A stretch of DNA of 64,000 bases from Candidatus Aminicenantia bacterium (GTDB taxonomy: Bacteria > Acidobacteriota > Aminicenantia > Aminicenantales > Saccharicenantaceae): contig JBGOYY010000005.1 in assembly GCA_041479905.1 (NCBI GenBank), positions 7,665 through 71,664 on the forward strand, given 5' to 3'. This document shows, in pieces, positions 42,788-51,402 of the stretch. Position 1 is the stretch's first letter. Every line of letters starts with the position of its first letter. Both the position numbers and the translations under genes were made by a program. The notes beneath the pieces were generated by a model that had not been told where the DNA came from, did not search any database, and saw only the letters and a program-made list of their open reading frames with translations.

Positions 42788-42902
42788 GTGTCCTCCTCGG
42801 GGCATAAAAATACACATCTCCCCGACGGGAAGTATAACACGAGAGCCGAAAAAAACGTTGCCGATCCCGGCTATCCGGGCCCTCGGAGGAGGGCGAAGTC
42901 TC

Positions 42903-43769
42903 CTAGTTCGGCGAGCGGGAATACCAAGCTGCGTCGATGAAGACTTTCCACTGGCCGTCCGGCTGCTTGCGCCAAACTGCGAGATACGGACCGGTTGCAT
43001 TCGGACCCGCCATCCGCCATGTCCCGCTAGAATAGGCCATTGTCTCGGATTCATTAATGACGATTTTTTCCGCTTTCCAGGCAAGGGAAAAGCCTTTCTG
43101 AGCAAAGGCACCCACCCACATTGCACGAACGGCGGCGAGCCCGCGCGCTGGCGTCATGGCGGAACCCGCGGTGAGGGCCTCCGGATCATAGAATGCGACG
43201 GTCTCTTCGACCGATTTGGACGCTATGGCCGTCGCCCACGCTTCCTCGGCTTGCCGAATGGCAGCCTCGGGCGTGGGCATCCCAGCGATCTTCGGGGCAG
43301 CGACGTCCGAGCTGGACATCTCGCGCCATACTTTCCATGAGCCGTCAGCTTGCTTCCGCCAGATCCAGACTAGCCTCCCGGTGTCCGTGGACGTCCCCGC
43401 CCCTGATAGCTTAGAAGTCATTGACCATTCTTCAAGGTCGTAGGCGAAATCGCCGAATCCCTCGAATTCGAGCCTTGTCTGACGGTAATCCAAAATGGGC
43501 GGGAATGTTTGCAACAGAGCGAGGATGGCTTCACGCCCCTTGAGGGCTGGAGCGTTGGAAAGAAATGCCACGGCATCTTCGGCATAAAGCAGCTTGCCGA
43601 ATACAGACCAGTCCTTTGTCGGCGAACCGAACATCGATATGGCTTGGTCGGCTGTCTTCTTGATGGCCGCTTGGTCAGCGTTAGAGAGTGTCGCAGGTCC
43701 CTTCGACTGACAAGCGAAAGTAGAGCAGAGCAGAATGACCAATGAAATGGCAAAAATATACTTCTTCAT
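42903..43769 (-). CDS. lipoprotein with two tandem DUF4440 / SnoaL-like (NTF2 fold) domains
   Basis: AAGGAGG RBS. Lipobox LVILLCSTFAC. Two homologous halves ending ..RLVWIWRKQADGSWKVWREM and ..YLAVWRKQPDGQWKVFIDAAW. GC lower than the window average. Confidence 0.5.
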   Translation of the reverse strand: MKKYIFAISLVILLCSTFACQSKGPATLSNADQAAIKKTADQAISMFGSPTKDWSVFGKLLYAEDAVAFLSNAPALKGREAILALLQTFPPILDYRQTRLEFEGFGDFAYDLEEWSMTSKLSGAGTSTDTGRLVWIWRKQADGSWKVWREMSSSDVAAPKIAGMPTPEAAIRQAEEAWATAIASKSVEETVAFYDPEALTAGSAMTPARGLAAVRAMWVGAFAQKGFSLAWKAEKIVINESETMAYSSGTWRMAGPNATGPYLAVWRKQPDGQWKVFIDAAWYSRSPN

Positions 43770-43801
43770 TTTCCCCTCCTTCATACCCCGTCAGCTATCT
43801 T

Positions 43802-44356
43802 CTACTTCGTCTTCGGAGCGGACATGACCATGGTATATTTGGCCTCCACCCAGGGTACCCAGGTATTGCCATCCGTAGAGATCTCGCCCTTCGCCTCTAG
43901 GATCATTCTATCCGCCGCGAGTGTCATAACGTTCTTGACCATAATGGGCTTCCCCTCAACAGTGATCTTTCCCATATAGGTCCAGATGTTTCCATTGACG
44001 GCGTACGTTCCAGAAAACATAATTCCGTCGCTATGGAATTCGTTACTGGAAAACTTCTTGTTCACCGGGTCGTACCCGACGATCTCCATAAGCTGCGTCT
44101 CTCCCATAGGCCCCTTTTCGGTCGACTGATTCTGAAAAAAGAATCCTCCCAGAATCTTCTTGATTGTCAATTCGCCGGTGGCTTTGCTCGCGGGCCCTAA
44201 CGGTCCGGCCTTGTATTCCACCGTGTACGTCCAATGGCCTAGAAAGACGTCGAACTTCTTGATTTCGGGATCGGGCTTCGGAGCCATTGTTTGAGCCCAG
44301 ACGGAGACCGCGAAGACCAAGACGACCAGGCCGACGACAAAAGCAACGCGTTTCAT
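43802..44356 (-). CDS. secreted DUF1579-like protein
   Basis: Signal peptide MKRVAFVVGLVVLVFAVSVWA. Motifs FLGHWTY..GELTIKKILGGFFF..G.Y.V resemble the DUF1579 family. GC lower than the window average. Confidence 0.45.
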   Translation of the reverse strand: MKRVAFVVGLVVLVFAVSVWAQTMAPKPDPEIKKFDVFLGHWTYTVEYKAGPLGPASKATGELTIKKILGGFFFQNQSTEKGPMGETQLMEIVGYDPVNKKFSSNEFHSDGIMFSGTYAVNGNIWTYMGKITVEGKPIMVKNVMTLAADRMILEAKGEISTDGNTWVPWVEAKYTMVMSAPKTK

Positions 44357-44534
44357 AGAACCCTCCTTTTTTCAGTATCGGAAAGGAAGAAAAGCGCCCC
44401 CCATGGGCATCCGTAGATTTAGGACCTTTTCCCCCTTCTTGCTTATTCTTATAGACCCCTGATCGCCTATTTGTCAAGAACGAGGGATTTGGGCTTCAGA
44501 TTGACTTTCCAGAGGTAACTGGAGAAAAAAGGAG

Positions 44535-44607
44535 CGCGCCCGGAGGGATTTGAACCCCCGACCTTTGGATTCGAAGTCCACCGCTCTATCCACTGAGCTA
44601 CGGGCGC
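44535..44607 (-). tRNA. tRNA-Arg (anticodon TCG)
   Basis: Manually folded from the reverse complement: acceptor GCGCCCG/CGGGCGC; U8; D-arm GCTC-AGTGGATA-GAGC; anticodon loop CTTCGAA gives anticodon TCG; T-arm GGGGG-TTCAAAT-CCCTC; discriminator G; no encoded CCA. One G-A mismatch at the base of the anticodon stem. Confidence 0.8.
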
Positions 44608-44714
44608 GCACCGGGCCCTAAGACCACCCCATCATATGGGGAGGCCGCGCGGAAATCAACCCATTCGCCTCCCCGGTCTGAAGCCCTGGCGAACCCCGCC
44701 GTTCGGGCGGCAGG

Positions 44715-46487
44715 TCAGCCCTTCTCTCTCCCCAACGCGAAAAGAGCGAGGCCGACGGCGATCGTAACCAGCTTGCGGATCCTGCGGATGACGCCAAGGC
44801 TGAGTCCCAGCGCGGCAGAGAAGCCCAAGCTCTGGAGGATCACGACGTGGGCGCTTTCCATGACCCCGAAATGCCCGGGAACGATAAAAAACACCGTGTT
44901 GATAATGGTGACGCCGGTCGCCGTGAAAAAGCCCTGGATGAAAGAAATTTGGCTTCCGAGCACCCTCAGGATGATATAGATCTCGGCCACTCCGAGAAAG
45001 CGGGCAAAAAAATGCAGGGCCGCCGCCGCGATCGTCCTCGGATTGAGGTTCGTGTAAACGAGGCGGAGGTTATCGTCGAGGTCCTTGACCTGGCTCTCCC
45101 TCTTGGCGACGAATCTCCCGACCCACGGGACGACCTTCGCGATGCGGCCCAGGGTCCAGAGGACGCCCTTCAGCTGGAAAACGACGAGGAGGACGATCCC
45201 AAGCACGGTGGCACCCAGGCAGGCCGCGGCCGCCCCGTTCATCCACCCTGGGAGATCGAGGAAGAGGAGGCTGAGGAGGAAGCCGGTCATGAGAAAAAAG
45301 ATCCCCGCGGAGAACTCGATGGTCTTGTCGACCAGGACACAGGGGATGCCCTCGGTCAATGGAACGTGCCGCCGAATCAGGAAGGCCCGGGCCGCGTCGC
45401 CGCCGACGCTGGCCGAGGGGATGAGCCCGTTCAGGGAGTCGCTGATGATCTTGGTCCGGTACAGGCGCAGGAGCGGAACCGGGCGAAAATGCGCGGCCTG
45501 GATGAGGTGCCAGGCGCAGGCTTGGAGGAAGATCCAGACAAAAGCGAGGCCGACGATGACCAGGAACCAGGGGCCGAAACGGGCCAGGTGGTCGAGGACG
45601 GTCCCCGTGCCGATCTTCAACAACAAGTAGACAAGGAGCAGAAGCCCGGCCCCGGTAAGGAGCACCCGGATCCCTTTCCAGGATAACCGGAAGGCGCGGC
45701 GGGCGGGTGGACGGCCGGCCAACCCGGAGGCGACCGCTTCTTCGGCCTTGCGCCAGGCCCGCTCGTCATCGACGTCGATCCAGAACACATCCCCGATCCT
45801 CCAGGTCCTGGCCTTCCCCTTCTCGGCCAACGCCCGGATGCCGCCGGAGAGGGAAAGATCGCCGCGCCGCTGGCTGTCCTCGAGCGCGGCGAACAGCGCC
45901 GGCGTGCACAGGAAAACCCCCGTGTCGAAAGCGTTGTAAAGAGGGATATTTTTTCCGATGGCGGCGATCCGGCCGTCCTCGTCCCTGACCCTGGTCACGT
46001 CCTCGAGGTCGACGTGGGGATGACCCTCGACGCGGGGATCCACGGCCAGAATGACCTCGTCATCGCCGATCGGCTGGCGGCCCAGGCCGTCGAGAAGCCG
46101 CGGGTCGAAGATGTGGTCGGCCATCATGAGAAAGAACCGTTCGCCGGCCAGGCTTTTGGCCTTGAGGACCGAAAGCCCGTTTTCCTTCTCCCATTCCTCA
46201 TTCCGGACGGTTGCAATGGAGATCCCGTCCGCGGCCGCTTTGGATCCGAGATGTTTCTCGAGCTCGTCGCCGGCGTAGCCCGTCACCACGACGAACTCCC
46301 GGACGCCGGCCCCGCGCGCGGCGTCGATGGCCCAGTCGATCAGGGGCTTCCCAGCGACCTCAAGGAGGGGCTTGCTCGCCGCCCTATCCGCCAGACGGCT
46401 CCCCCGGCCGGCGGCGATGATGACGCATTTAGTCTGTCCGCTCACGCGGCCCGCTTTCTGGCCCGGACGAGAATGGTCAGCCCCCAC
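44715..46487 (-). CDS. fusion protein: N-terminal sugar/inositol-phosphate nucleotidyltransferase (cytidylyltransferase-like) plus C-terminal flippase-like (lysyl-PG-synthase TM region / UPF0104) membrane domain
   Basis: N-terminus: VIIAAGRGSRLADRAASKPLLEVAGKPLIDWAIDAA..VVTGYAGDEL (NTP_transferase). C-terminus: 8 or more TM segments with the family hallmark RTKIISDSLNGLIPSASVGGDAARAFLIRR. The true start may be an internal GTG near 46430. Confidence 0.65.
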   Translation of the reverse strand: MGADHSRPGQKAGRVSGQTKCVIIAAGRGSRLADRAASKPLLEVAGKPLIDWAIDAARGAGVREFVVVTGYAGDELEKHLGSKAAADGISIATVRNEEWEKENGLSVLKAKSLAGERFFLMMADHIFDPRLLDGLGRQPIGDDEVILAVDPRVEGHPHVDLEDVTRVRDEDGRIAAIGKNIPLYNAFDTGVFLCTPALFAALEDSQRRGDLSLSGGIRALAEKGKARTWRIGDVFWIDVDDERAWRKAEEAVASGLAGRPPARRAFRLSWKGIRVLLTGAGLLLLVYLLLKIGTGTVLDHLARFGPWFLVIVGLAFVWIFLQACAWHLIQAAHFRPVPLLRLYRTKIISDSLNGLIPSASVGGDAARAFLIRRHVPLTEGIPCVLVDKTIEFSAGIFFLMTGFLLSLLFLDLPGWMNGAAAACLGATVLGIVLLVVFQLKGVLWTLGRIAKVVPWVGRFVAKRESQVKDLDDNLRLVYTNLNPRTIAAAALHFFARFLGVAEIYIILRVLGSQISFIQGFFTATGVTIINTVFFIVPGHFGVMESAHVVILQSLGFSAALGLSLGVIRRIRKLVTIAVGLALFALGREKG

Positions 46488-47209
46488 GCTGCAGATCCCC
46501 GCTTCCCGCCGCGGAAAACCGCAGCGGCTTTCCAGGCGGCGCCCAGGACTAGGTAGCCCAGGAAGCGGAGGGGGATGAGCGCCGCAGGGAAGTCATCGAG
46601 CTTCCAGGAAAGCCGGACGAGCCTCAGGGCGCCGGGCGTGGACAGGACGTAGCCCGTTTCTTCGATATCGAAGCCGGCGCGAGAGAGCTTTTCTCGCACG
46701 ATGTCCTCCGTGTAGAACGTTTTCACCGCGTAGCGCCGCCGGTGGCGCTCCTTTTCTTCCGGCCTGATCTCGGCGTTCGACAGGCTGTCGGCCGAAAAGG
46801 TGAACCGGCCGCCGGGCTTCATGGCCCGGGAGACGTTCCGCATGACCCGCTCGTCGTCCCCCAGGTGCTCCATGACGCACAGGCTCAGGGCCTTGTCGAA
46901 CGAGCCATCCGGGAAGTCCGCCGTTTCGGCGTCCATGGCCAGGAACTCCGTCCGGCCGCTCCCGTAGTGCTTTCGGGCGAACGCCAGCCGCTTCTCATGG
47001 AGGTCGATCCCCGTGACGTGCGCTCCCGTCCGGCTGATCCGCCAATCGTAATAGCCGTCGCCGCACCCGACGTCGAGGACCCGCTCCCCCGCCTCGGGGT
47101 CCAGCCAGCGGAGGACGACGTCGCATTCTTCGACGCGGCGAAAATTGAGACGGCTGAAGGAACGGCCCCAGCGGGCGGGAGAAAAGCGCCCCAGGCTTCG
47201 GTTCTTCAA
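46442..47209 (-). CDS. class I SAM-dependent methyltransferase
   Basis: Motif I VLDVGCGDGYY, motif post-I VTGIDL, motif II/III FDKALSLCVMEHL..MKPGGRFTF. Confidence 0.75.
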   Translation of the reverse strand: MKNRSLGRFSPARWGRSFSRLNFRRVEECDVVLRWLDPEAGERVLDVGCGDGYYDWRISRTGAHVTGIDLHEKRLAFARKHYGSGRTEFLAMDAETADFPDGSFDKALSLCVMEHLGDDERVMRNVSRAMKPGGRFTFSADSLSNAEIRPEEKERHRRRYAVKTFYTEDIVREKLSRAGFDIEETGYVLSTPGALRLVRLSWKLDDFPAALIPLRFLGYLVLGAAWKAAAVFRGGKRGSAAWGLTILVRARKRAA

Positions 47210-47320
47210 ATGGGCATCCTTTTATTGGCTTAATAAGGTTCTCATTATAGGCCAAGGCCGCAGGGACGGCAAGGTCGGCGGGTTTGTAAAACCTTGAATC
47301 CCGGTGGTATAATGGGGCAC

Positions 47321-48022
47321 ATGCTGGACAAAACGGACACCGCTCCGGACTTCGACTTCAAAAGATCTTTAAAGCCATCCTCGCCCTCTCATCTTCCCAA
47401 ATTCATCGAGCTCGACAGGCTCGTCAACCGCCCCGTCGCCGCCCTGATCGTCCGGGCGGCCCTGAAGATGAACCTCCAGCCGAACCATCTTACGTTGGCG
47501 GCGTTCGTCCTGAGCGCGGCCGGGGCGCTCTTTTTTCTCGGGGGGACCCACCGAAGCTTCATCCTCGCCGGCATCATGATCTATGCCGGCACCCTTCTCG
47601 ACGGAGCCGACGGGATGCTCGCCCGCTCCAAGAACCTCTGCACGCGGTTCGGCGCCTATTTCGACCTCTATCTTGACCGGATCACCGATTTCCTGGTCCT
47701 GGGGGCCATGGCGACGGGCTACTATCGCCAATCGGGAAGGCTCGGCTTCTACATCTTGTGCCTCTTCGGGCTCTCCGCCTACATGCTGCAGATCCTCCTC
47801 TATTATCTGGAACGGGAATACCGGAAGCTCCAGTCGGGCTCGGGCGCCAGCGGCGAGTTCCGGGGCCTCGTCTACCTGGGGATCCTCGCCTTTTCACTGC
47901 TCAACCGCTTGGACCTGGTGATCTCCATCCTGCTCTGCGTGCCCGTTCTCAACATCATCTATCGCTTCGTCCGTTTCTGGATCATCGAGCGGCCGTCGGA
48001 GCCCCCCCCGCAAGAGATCTAA
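47321..48022 (+). CDS. CDP-alcohol phosphatidyltransferase family protein
   Basis: D-G-x2-A-R...G...D...D signature LDGADGMLARSKNLCTRFGAYFDLYLDRITD, with 5-6 TM segments. A TATAAT hexamer at 47306-47311 favours the ATG at 47321 over 47294. Confidence 0.75.
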   Translation: MLDKTDTAPDFDFKRSLKPSSPSHLPKFIELDRLVNRPVAALIVRAALKMNLQPNHLTLAAFVLSAAGALFFLGGTHRSFILAGIMIYAGTLLDGADGMLARSKNLCTRFGAYFDLYLDRITDFLVLGAMATGYYRQSGRLGFYILCLFGLSAYMLQILLYYLEREYRKLQSGSGASGEFRGLVYLGILAFSLLNRLDLVISILLCVPVLNIIYRFVRFWIIERPSEPPPQEI

Positions 48023-48045
48023 CGTCCTATTAAGGAGTCCCGATC

Positions 48046-49440
48046 ATGCCCGAAATCCTGAGAGGCAAGGATATCGCGCCGGCCCGGGGCAAACTCGGCG
48101 TCTTGATGCCCGGCATCGGGGCCGTGGCCTCGACCCTGCTGACCGGCCTTTTCTCCGCCCGCAGGGGGCTCGCCCGCCCGATCGGCTCGCTGACCCAGAT
48201 GGGGAAGATCCGGCTGGGGAAGAGGACCGATCGCCGTTGCGAGCTCATCAAAGACTTCATCGGCCTGACCGACCTCGCCGACATGGTCTTCGGAGGATGG
48301 GATTGCTTCCCCGACTCCGCTTACCAGGCGGCCCGCAAAGCCAAGGTCTTGACGCCGGAGCACATCGAGGCGGTCCGGGAGGAGCTCGAAGCGATCGAGC
48401 CGATGCCCGCGGTCTTCGATAGGAAATTCGTCCAGAATCTCGACGGCCGTCACGTCAAGAAGGGCGCGACGAAGATGGACCTGGCCGGGATGTTAATGAA
48501 GGACATCGACGCTTTCCGCACGCGGCACCGGACCTCGCGGCTGGTCATGTGCTGGACGGCTTCGACCGAGGCCTACCGGGAGGCCCGTCAGGTCCACGCC
48601 TCCGTTAAGGACTTCGAGGCCGGCCTCAAGACGAGCTCCCCGGACATCAGCCCCAGCCAGATCTACGCCTACGCGGCGCTGAAGATGGGGATCCCCTACA
48701 TCAACGGAGCCCCTCACATCACCACGGATTGCCCGGCGTTCCTCGAGCTGGCCGGCGAAAACCGCGTGCCCGTCTGCGGCAAGGACTTCAAAACGGGCCA
48801 GACCCTGATGAAAACCATCCTCGCGCCCGGTTTCGCGGCCCGTCTGCTGGGGATCTCGGGCTGGTTCTCGACGAACATCCTCGGCAACCGGGACGGAGAG
48901 GTCCTCGACAATCCCGAGTCGTTCCGCTCCAAGGAGATCTCCAAGCTCGGCGTCCTGGACACCATCTTGAGGCCGGACCTGTACCCGGAGCTCTACGGCG
49001 ATTTCTACCACAAGGTCAAGATCAACTACTATCCCCCCCGGGGCGACAACAAGGAGTCGTGGGACAACATCGACATCTACGGCTGGATGGACTATCCGAT
49101 GCAGATCAAGGTCAACTTCCTCTGCCGCGATTCCATCTTGGCCGCGCCCGTCGTGCTCGACCTCATCCTATTCACCGACCTGGCCGCGCGGGCCAAAATG
49201 GGCGGCATCCAGGAATGGCTGTCCTTCTATTTCAAGAGCCCGATGGTCCGGGAAGGCCTCTACGCCGAGAACGACCTCTTCGTCCAGCGGATCAAGCTCC
49301 TGAACACGCTGCGCTACCTGATGCGCGAGGAACTCATCCACCACACCGGGCTCGACTACTACTACGACCTCGAGGAGACGCGGCCTTCGCCGAGGCGCGT
49401 CACGGCCTCGAGGAGGTCTTCGAAGACGTCAAAGGGATAG
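48046..49440 (+). CDS. myo-inositol-1-phosphate synthase (inositol-3-phosphate synthase), archaeal/bacterial type
   Basis: NAD-binding N-terminus LGVLMPGIGAVASTLLTG and conserved core ..SPSQIYAYAALKMGIPYINGAPH..; LCRDSILAAPVVLDLILFTDL. The Arg/Ser-rich C-terminal 20 aa are of doubtful authenticity. Confidence 0.8.
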   Translation: MPEILRGKDIAPARGKLGVLMPGIGAVASTLLTGLFSARRGLARPIGSLTQMGKIRLGKRTDRRCELIKDFIGLTDLADMVFGGWDCFPDSAYQAARKAKVLTPEHIEAVREELEAIEPMPAVFDRKFVQNLDGRHVKKGATKMDLAGMLMKDIDAFRTRHRTSRLVMCWTASTEAYREARQVHASVKDFEAGLKTSSPDISPSQIYAYAALKMGIPYINGAPHITTDCPAFLELAGENRVPVCGKDFKTGQTLMKTILAPGFAARLLGISGWFSTNILGNRDGEVLDNPESFRSKEISKLGVLDTILRPDLYPELYGDFYHKVKINYYPPRGDNKESWDNIDIYGWMDYPMQIKVNFLCRDSILAAPVVLDLILFTDLAARAKMGGIQEWLSFYFKSPMVREGLYAENDLFVQRIKLLNTLRYLMREELIHHTGLDYYYDLEETRPSPRRVTASRRSSKTSKG

Positions 49441-49928
49441 GACACTCGGGCCAGCCGCGTTTCGGGGAGATCCCGGCCGTGCCCCGTGCGCACCAGGACG
49501 GACCGGACTCCCGCCGCCTTAGCGGTCTCCAAATCCTTCAGATCATCGCCGACAAGCCAGGAGGCGGCGAGGTCGATGTCGAGCTCGCGGGCGGCCTTCA
49601 AAAGCAGGCCGGGCCGGGGCTTGCGGCACGGGCAGTCCTCGTCCGGACGGTGGGGGCAATAGTAAACGGCGTCAATCCGGCCGCCGCCCCGGCGGACGGC
49701 CTCCGTCATGCAAGCGTGGATCTCATCTACCGTTTCCCGGCCCACGAGACCCCGCCCGATGCAGGACTGGTTGCTGATGACGACGACCTGATACGGCCCC
49801 GACGCCAGCACGCGGAACGCTTCCAGGACGCCCGGCAGGAACTCGAATTCCTCCCAGGATTTCACGTAGTCCGGACGATCCCTGTTGATCACCCCGTCCC
49901 GGTCGAGAAAAACAGCGGCTTTAGGCAT
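49362..49928 (-). CDS. gmhB: D-glycero-D-manno-heptose 1,7-bisphosphate 7-phosphatase (HAD family)
   Basis: HAD motif I FLDRDGVIN; zinc-binding CPHRPDEDCPCRKP; motif III VGDDLKDLETAKAAG. Confidence 0.8.
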   Translation of the reverse strand: MPKAAVFLDRDGVINRDRPDYVKSWEEFEFLPGVLEAFRVLASGPYQVVVISNQSCIGRGLVGRETVDEIHACMTEAVRRGGGRIDAVYYCPHRPDEDCPCRKPRPGLLLKAARELDIDLAASWLVGDDLKDLETAKAAGVRSVLVRTGHGRDLPETRLARVSYPFDVFEDLLEAVTRLGEGRVSSRS

Positions 49929-51402
49929 TCCGTCGCGGCATCAGGCCTTTCTTGGCGATGGGGTCTTCAGGGGACGGCCCTTTCCGGAGACGGCCGTCCC
50001 GGAGCGCCCGGCGGAGCTGGTCCCCGGTGATGGCCGACGTCCCGACGTGTTCCACGGCGATCCCGGCGGCCAAGTTGGCCAGCTCGATCGTGACGGCGAG
50101 ACTCGCGCCCGCCGCCAGAGCCAGGCCGATCGTCGCGACCACCGTATCGCCGGCTCCGGTCACATCGTACACGGTCCGGGCCCGCGTCGGAAAAATCACC
50201 GGGTCGCAACCCCGTTCGAACAGCGTCATGCCCTCTTCACTCTGGGTGATAAGCACGGCCTCGACCTCCAGGGCCTCGAGCAGCCGGGTCCCGGCAACGA
50301 TGACGCTGTCGGGCCGGTTGGGGGCGACCCCGGCCGCCGCCGCCGCTTCCGTCCGATTGGGAGTCAATAGGTACGCCCCCTTGAAGGAGGAATAGTCCGC
50401 GGCCTTGGAATCGACGATCACGCGACGCTGGAGGCTATGGGCCATCCGGATGACCTGACCGGCCAGTTCCGGAAGAACCAAGCCTTTGGCGTAATCGGAG
50501 ATGACCAGGATGTCGACGGAAGGGAGAAGAGCGCCGATCGTCTCGGCTATTCGCGCCAGGATGGATGGTCCGGCCGGAGCGGTCTCCTCTTCGTCCACCC
50601 TGACGACCTGCTGATTCTGGGCGATGATCCGTGTTTTGATGGTCGTGGGCCGGCCCGCTTCGACGACCAGATGCTCCAGGCCGATCCCCCGTTCTTCCAG
50701 GACGCCCCTCAGCTCGCGGCCGGCATCGTCGCCCCCGATCGTGCCGACGAGAATGGGGACGCCTCCGAGAGAGGCGATGTTGGCGGCGACATTGGCGGAG
50801 CCGCCGGGAGCGAGCGCGTTGCCGCGTTTTTTGATGATGGGGACGGGGGCTTCGGGCGAGATCCGGTTCACCGTCCCGAACCAGTAGCGGTCCAGCATGA
50901 TATCGCCGAGGACGAGGACCCTCCTCCCCCGGAAAGAATCCAGGATCCCGGGCTTCGGCGAACCCGGAGGGACGGCGGCCGCCGGGAACGGATGAGAGGA
51001 CGCTGTGATCCGCTCGACGAGGCCGGTCGTGGAGTACGGCAGCCGGAAGGGAAGCGAGATCACCCGTCCGCCCCGGCGGAGAACGGCCTCGGCCCCGACG
51101 ATCCGGTCGACCGGCCAGTCCCCGCCCTTGACGAGGACGTCCGGCGACAGCTCCTCGATGAGCCGCGCCGGAGTCGGCTCGTCGAAAATGATGACCTCGT
51201 CGACCGAGCGGAGCGAACGCAGCATCAGGGCGCGCTCCTCCTGAGGAACAAGCGGTCGGCCAGGCCCTTTGAGGGCGCGGACCGAAGCGTCGCTGTTCAA
51301 GCCCACGACCAGCCGGTCGCCCAGGCTCCGGGCCCGGTCCAGCAGGTCGACGTGCCCCGGATGGAGAACGTCGAAGCAGCCGTTCGTGAAGACGGTCGTC
51401 AT
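49921..51402 (-). CDS. hldE: bifunctional heptose-7-phosphate kinase / heptose-1-phosphate adenylyltransferase with reversed domain order (adenylyltransferase N-terminal, kinase C-terminal)
   Basis: N-terminus TNGCFDVLHPGHVDLL..VVGLNSDASVRALKG (cytidylyltransferase-like, RfaE domain II). C-terminus: ribokinase-like RVLVLGDIMLDRYWFG..DVTGAGDTVVA (RfaE domain I). Confidence 0.8.
   Translation of the reverse strand: MTTVFTNGCFDVLHPGHVDLLDRARSLGDRLVVGLNSDASVRALKGPGRPLVPQEERALMLRSLRSVDEVIIFDEPTPARLIEELSPDVLVKGGDWPVDRIVGAEAVLRRGGRVISLPFRLPYSTTGLVERITASSHPFPAAAVPPGSPKPGILDSFRGRRVLVLGDIMLDRYWFGTVNRISPEAPVPIIKKRGNALAPGGSANVAANIASLGGVPILVGTIGGDDAGRELRGVLEERGIGLEHLVVEAGRPTTIKTRIIAQNQQVVRVDEEETAPAGPSILARIAETIGALLPSVDILVISDYAKGLVLPELAGQVIRMAHSLQRRVIVDSKAADYSSFKGAYLLTPNRTEAAAAAGVAPNRPDSVIVAGTRLLEALEVEAVLITQSEEGMTLFERGCDPVIFPTRARTVYDVTGAGDTVVATIGLALAAGASLAVTIELANLAAGIAVEHVGTSAITGDQLRRALRDGRLRKGPSPEDPIAKKGLMPRRNA

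Noticed and set aside
42800-42902. Direct repeat of the tRNA-Arg 3' end marking the far edge of the low-GC islet (att site)
   Set aside because: Only a weak partial match (cggagg..ggg) to the tRNA 3' sequence. No integrase gene is present, so a bona fide integrative element cannot be claimed. It is reported only as a compositional islet.
41405-43126. 573-aa ORF-track version of the serine hydrolase
   Set aside because: The N-terminal 113 residues overlap the DUF4440 gene and lack signal-peptide logic. ATG 42785-42787 has a GGAGG RBS and yields a proper signal peptide.
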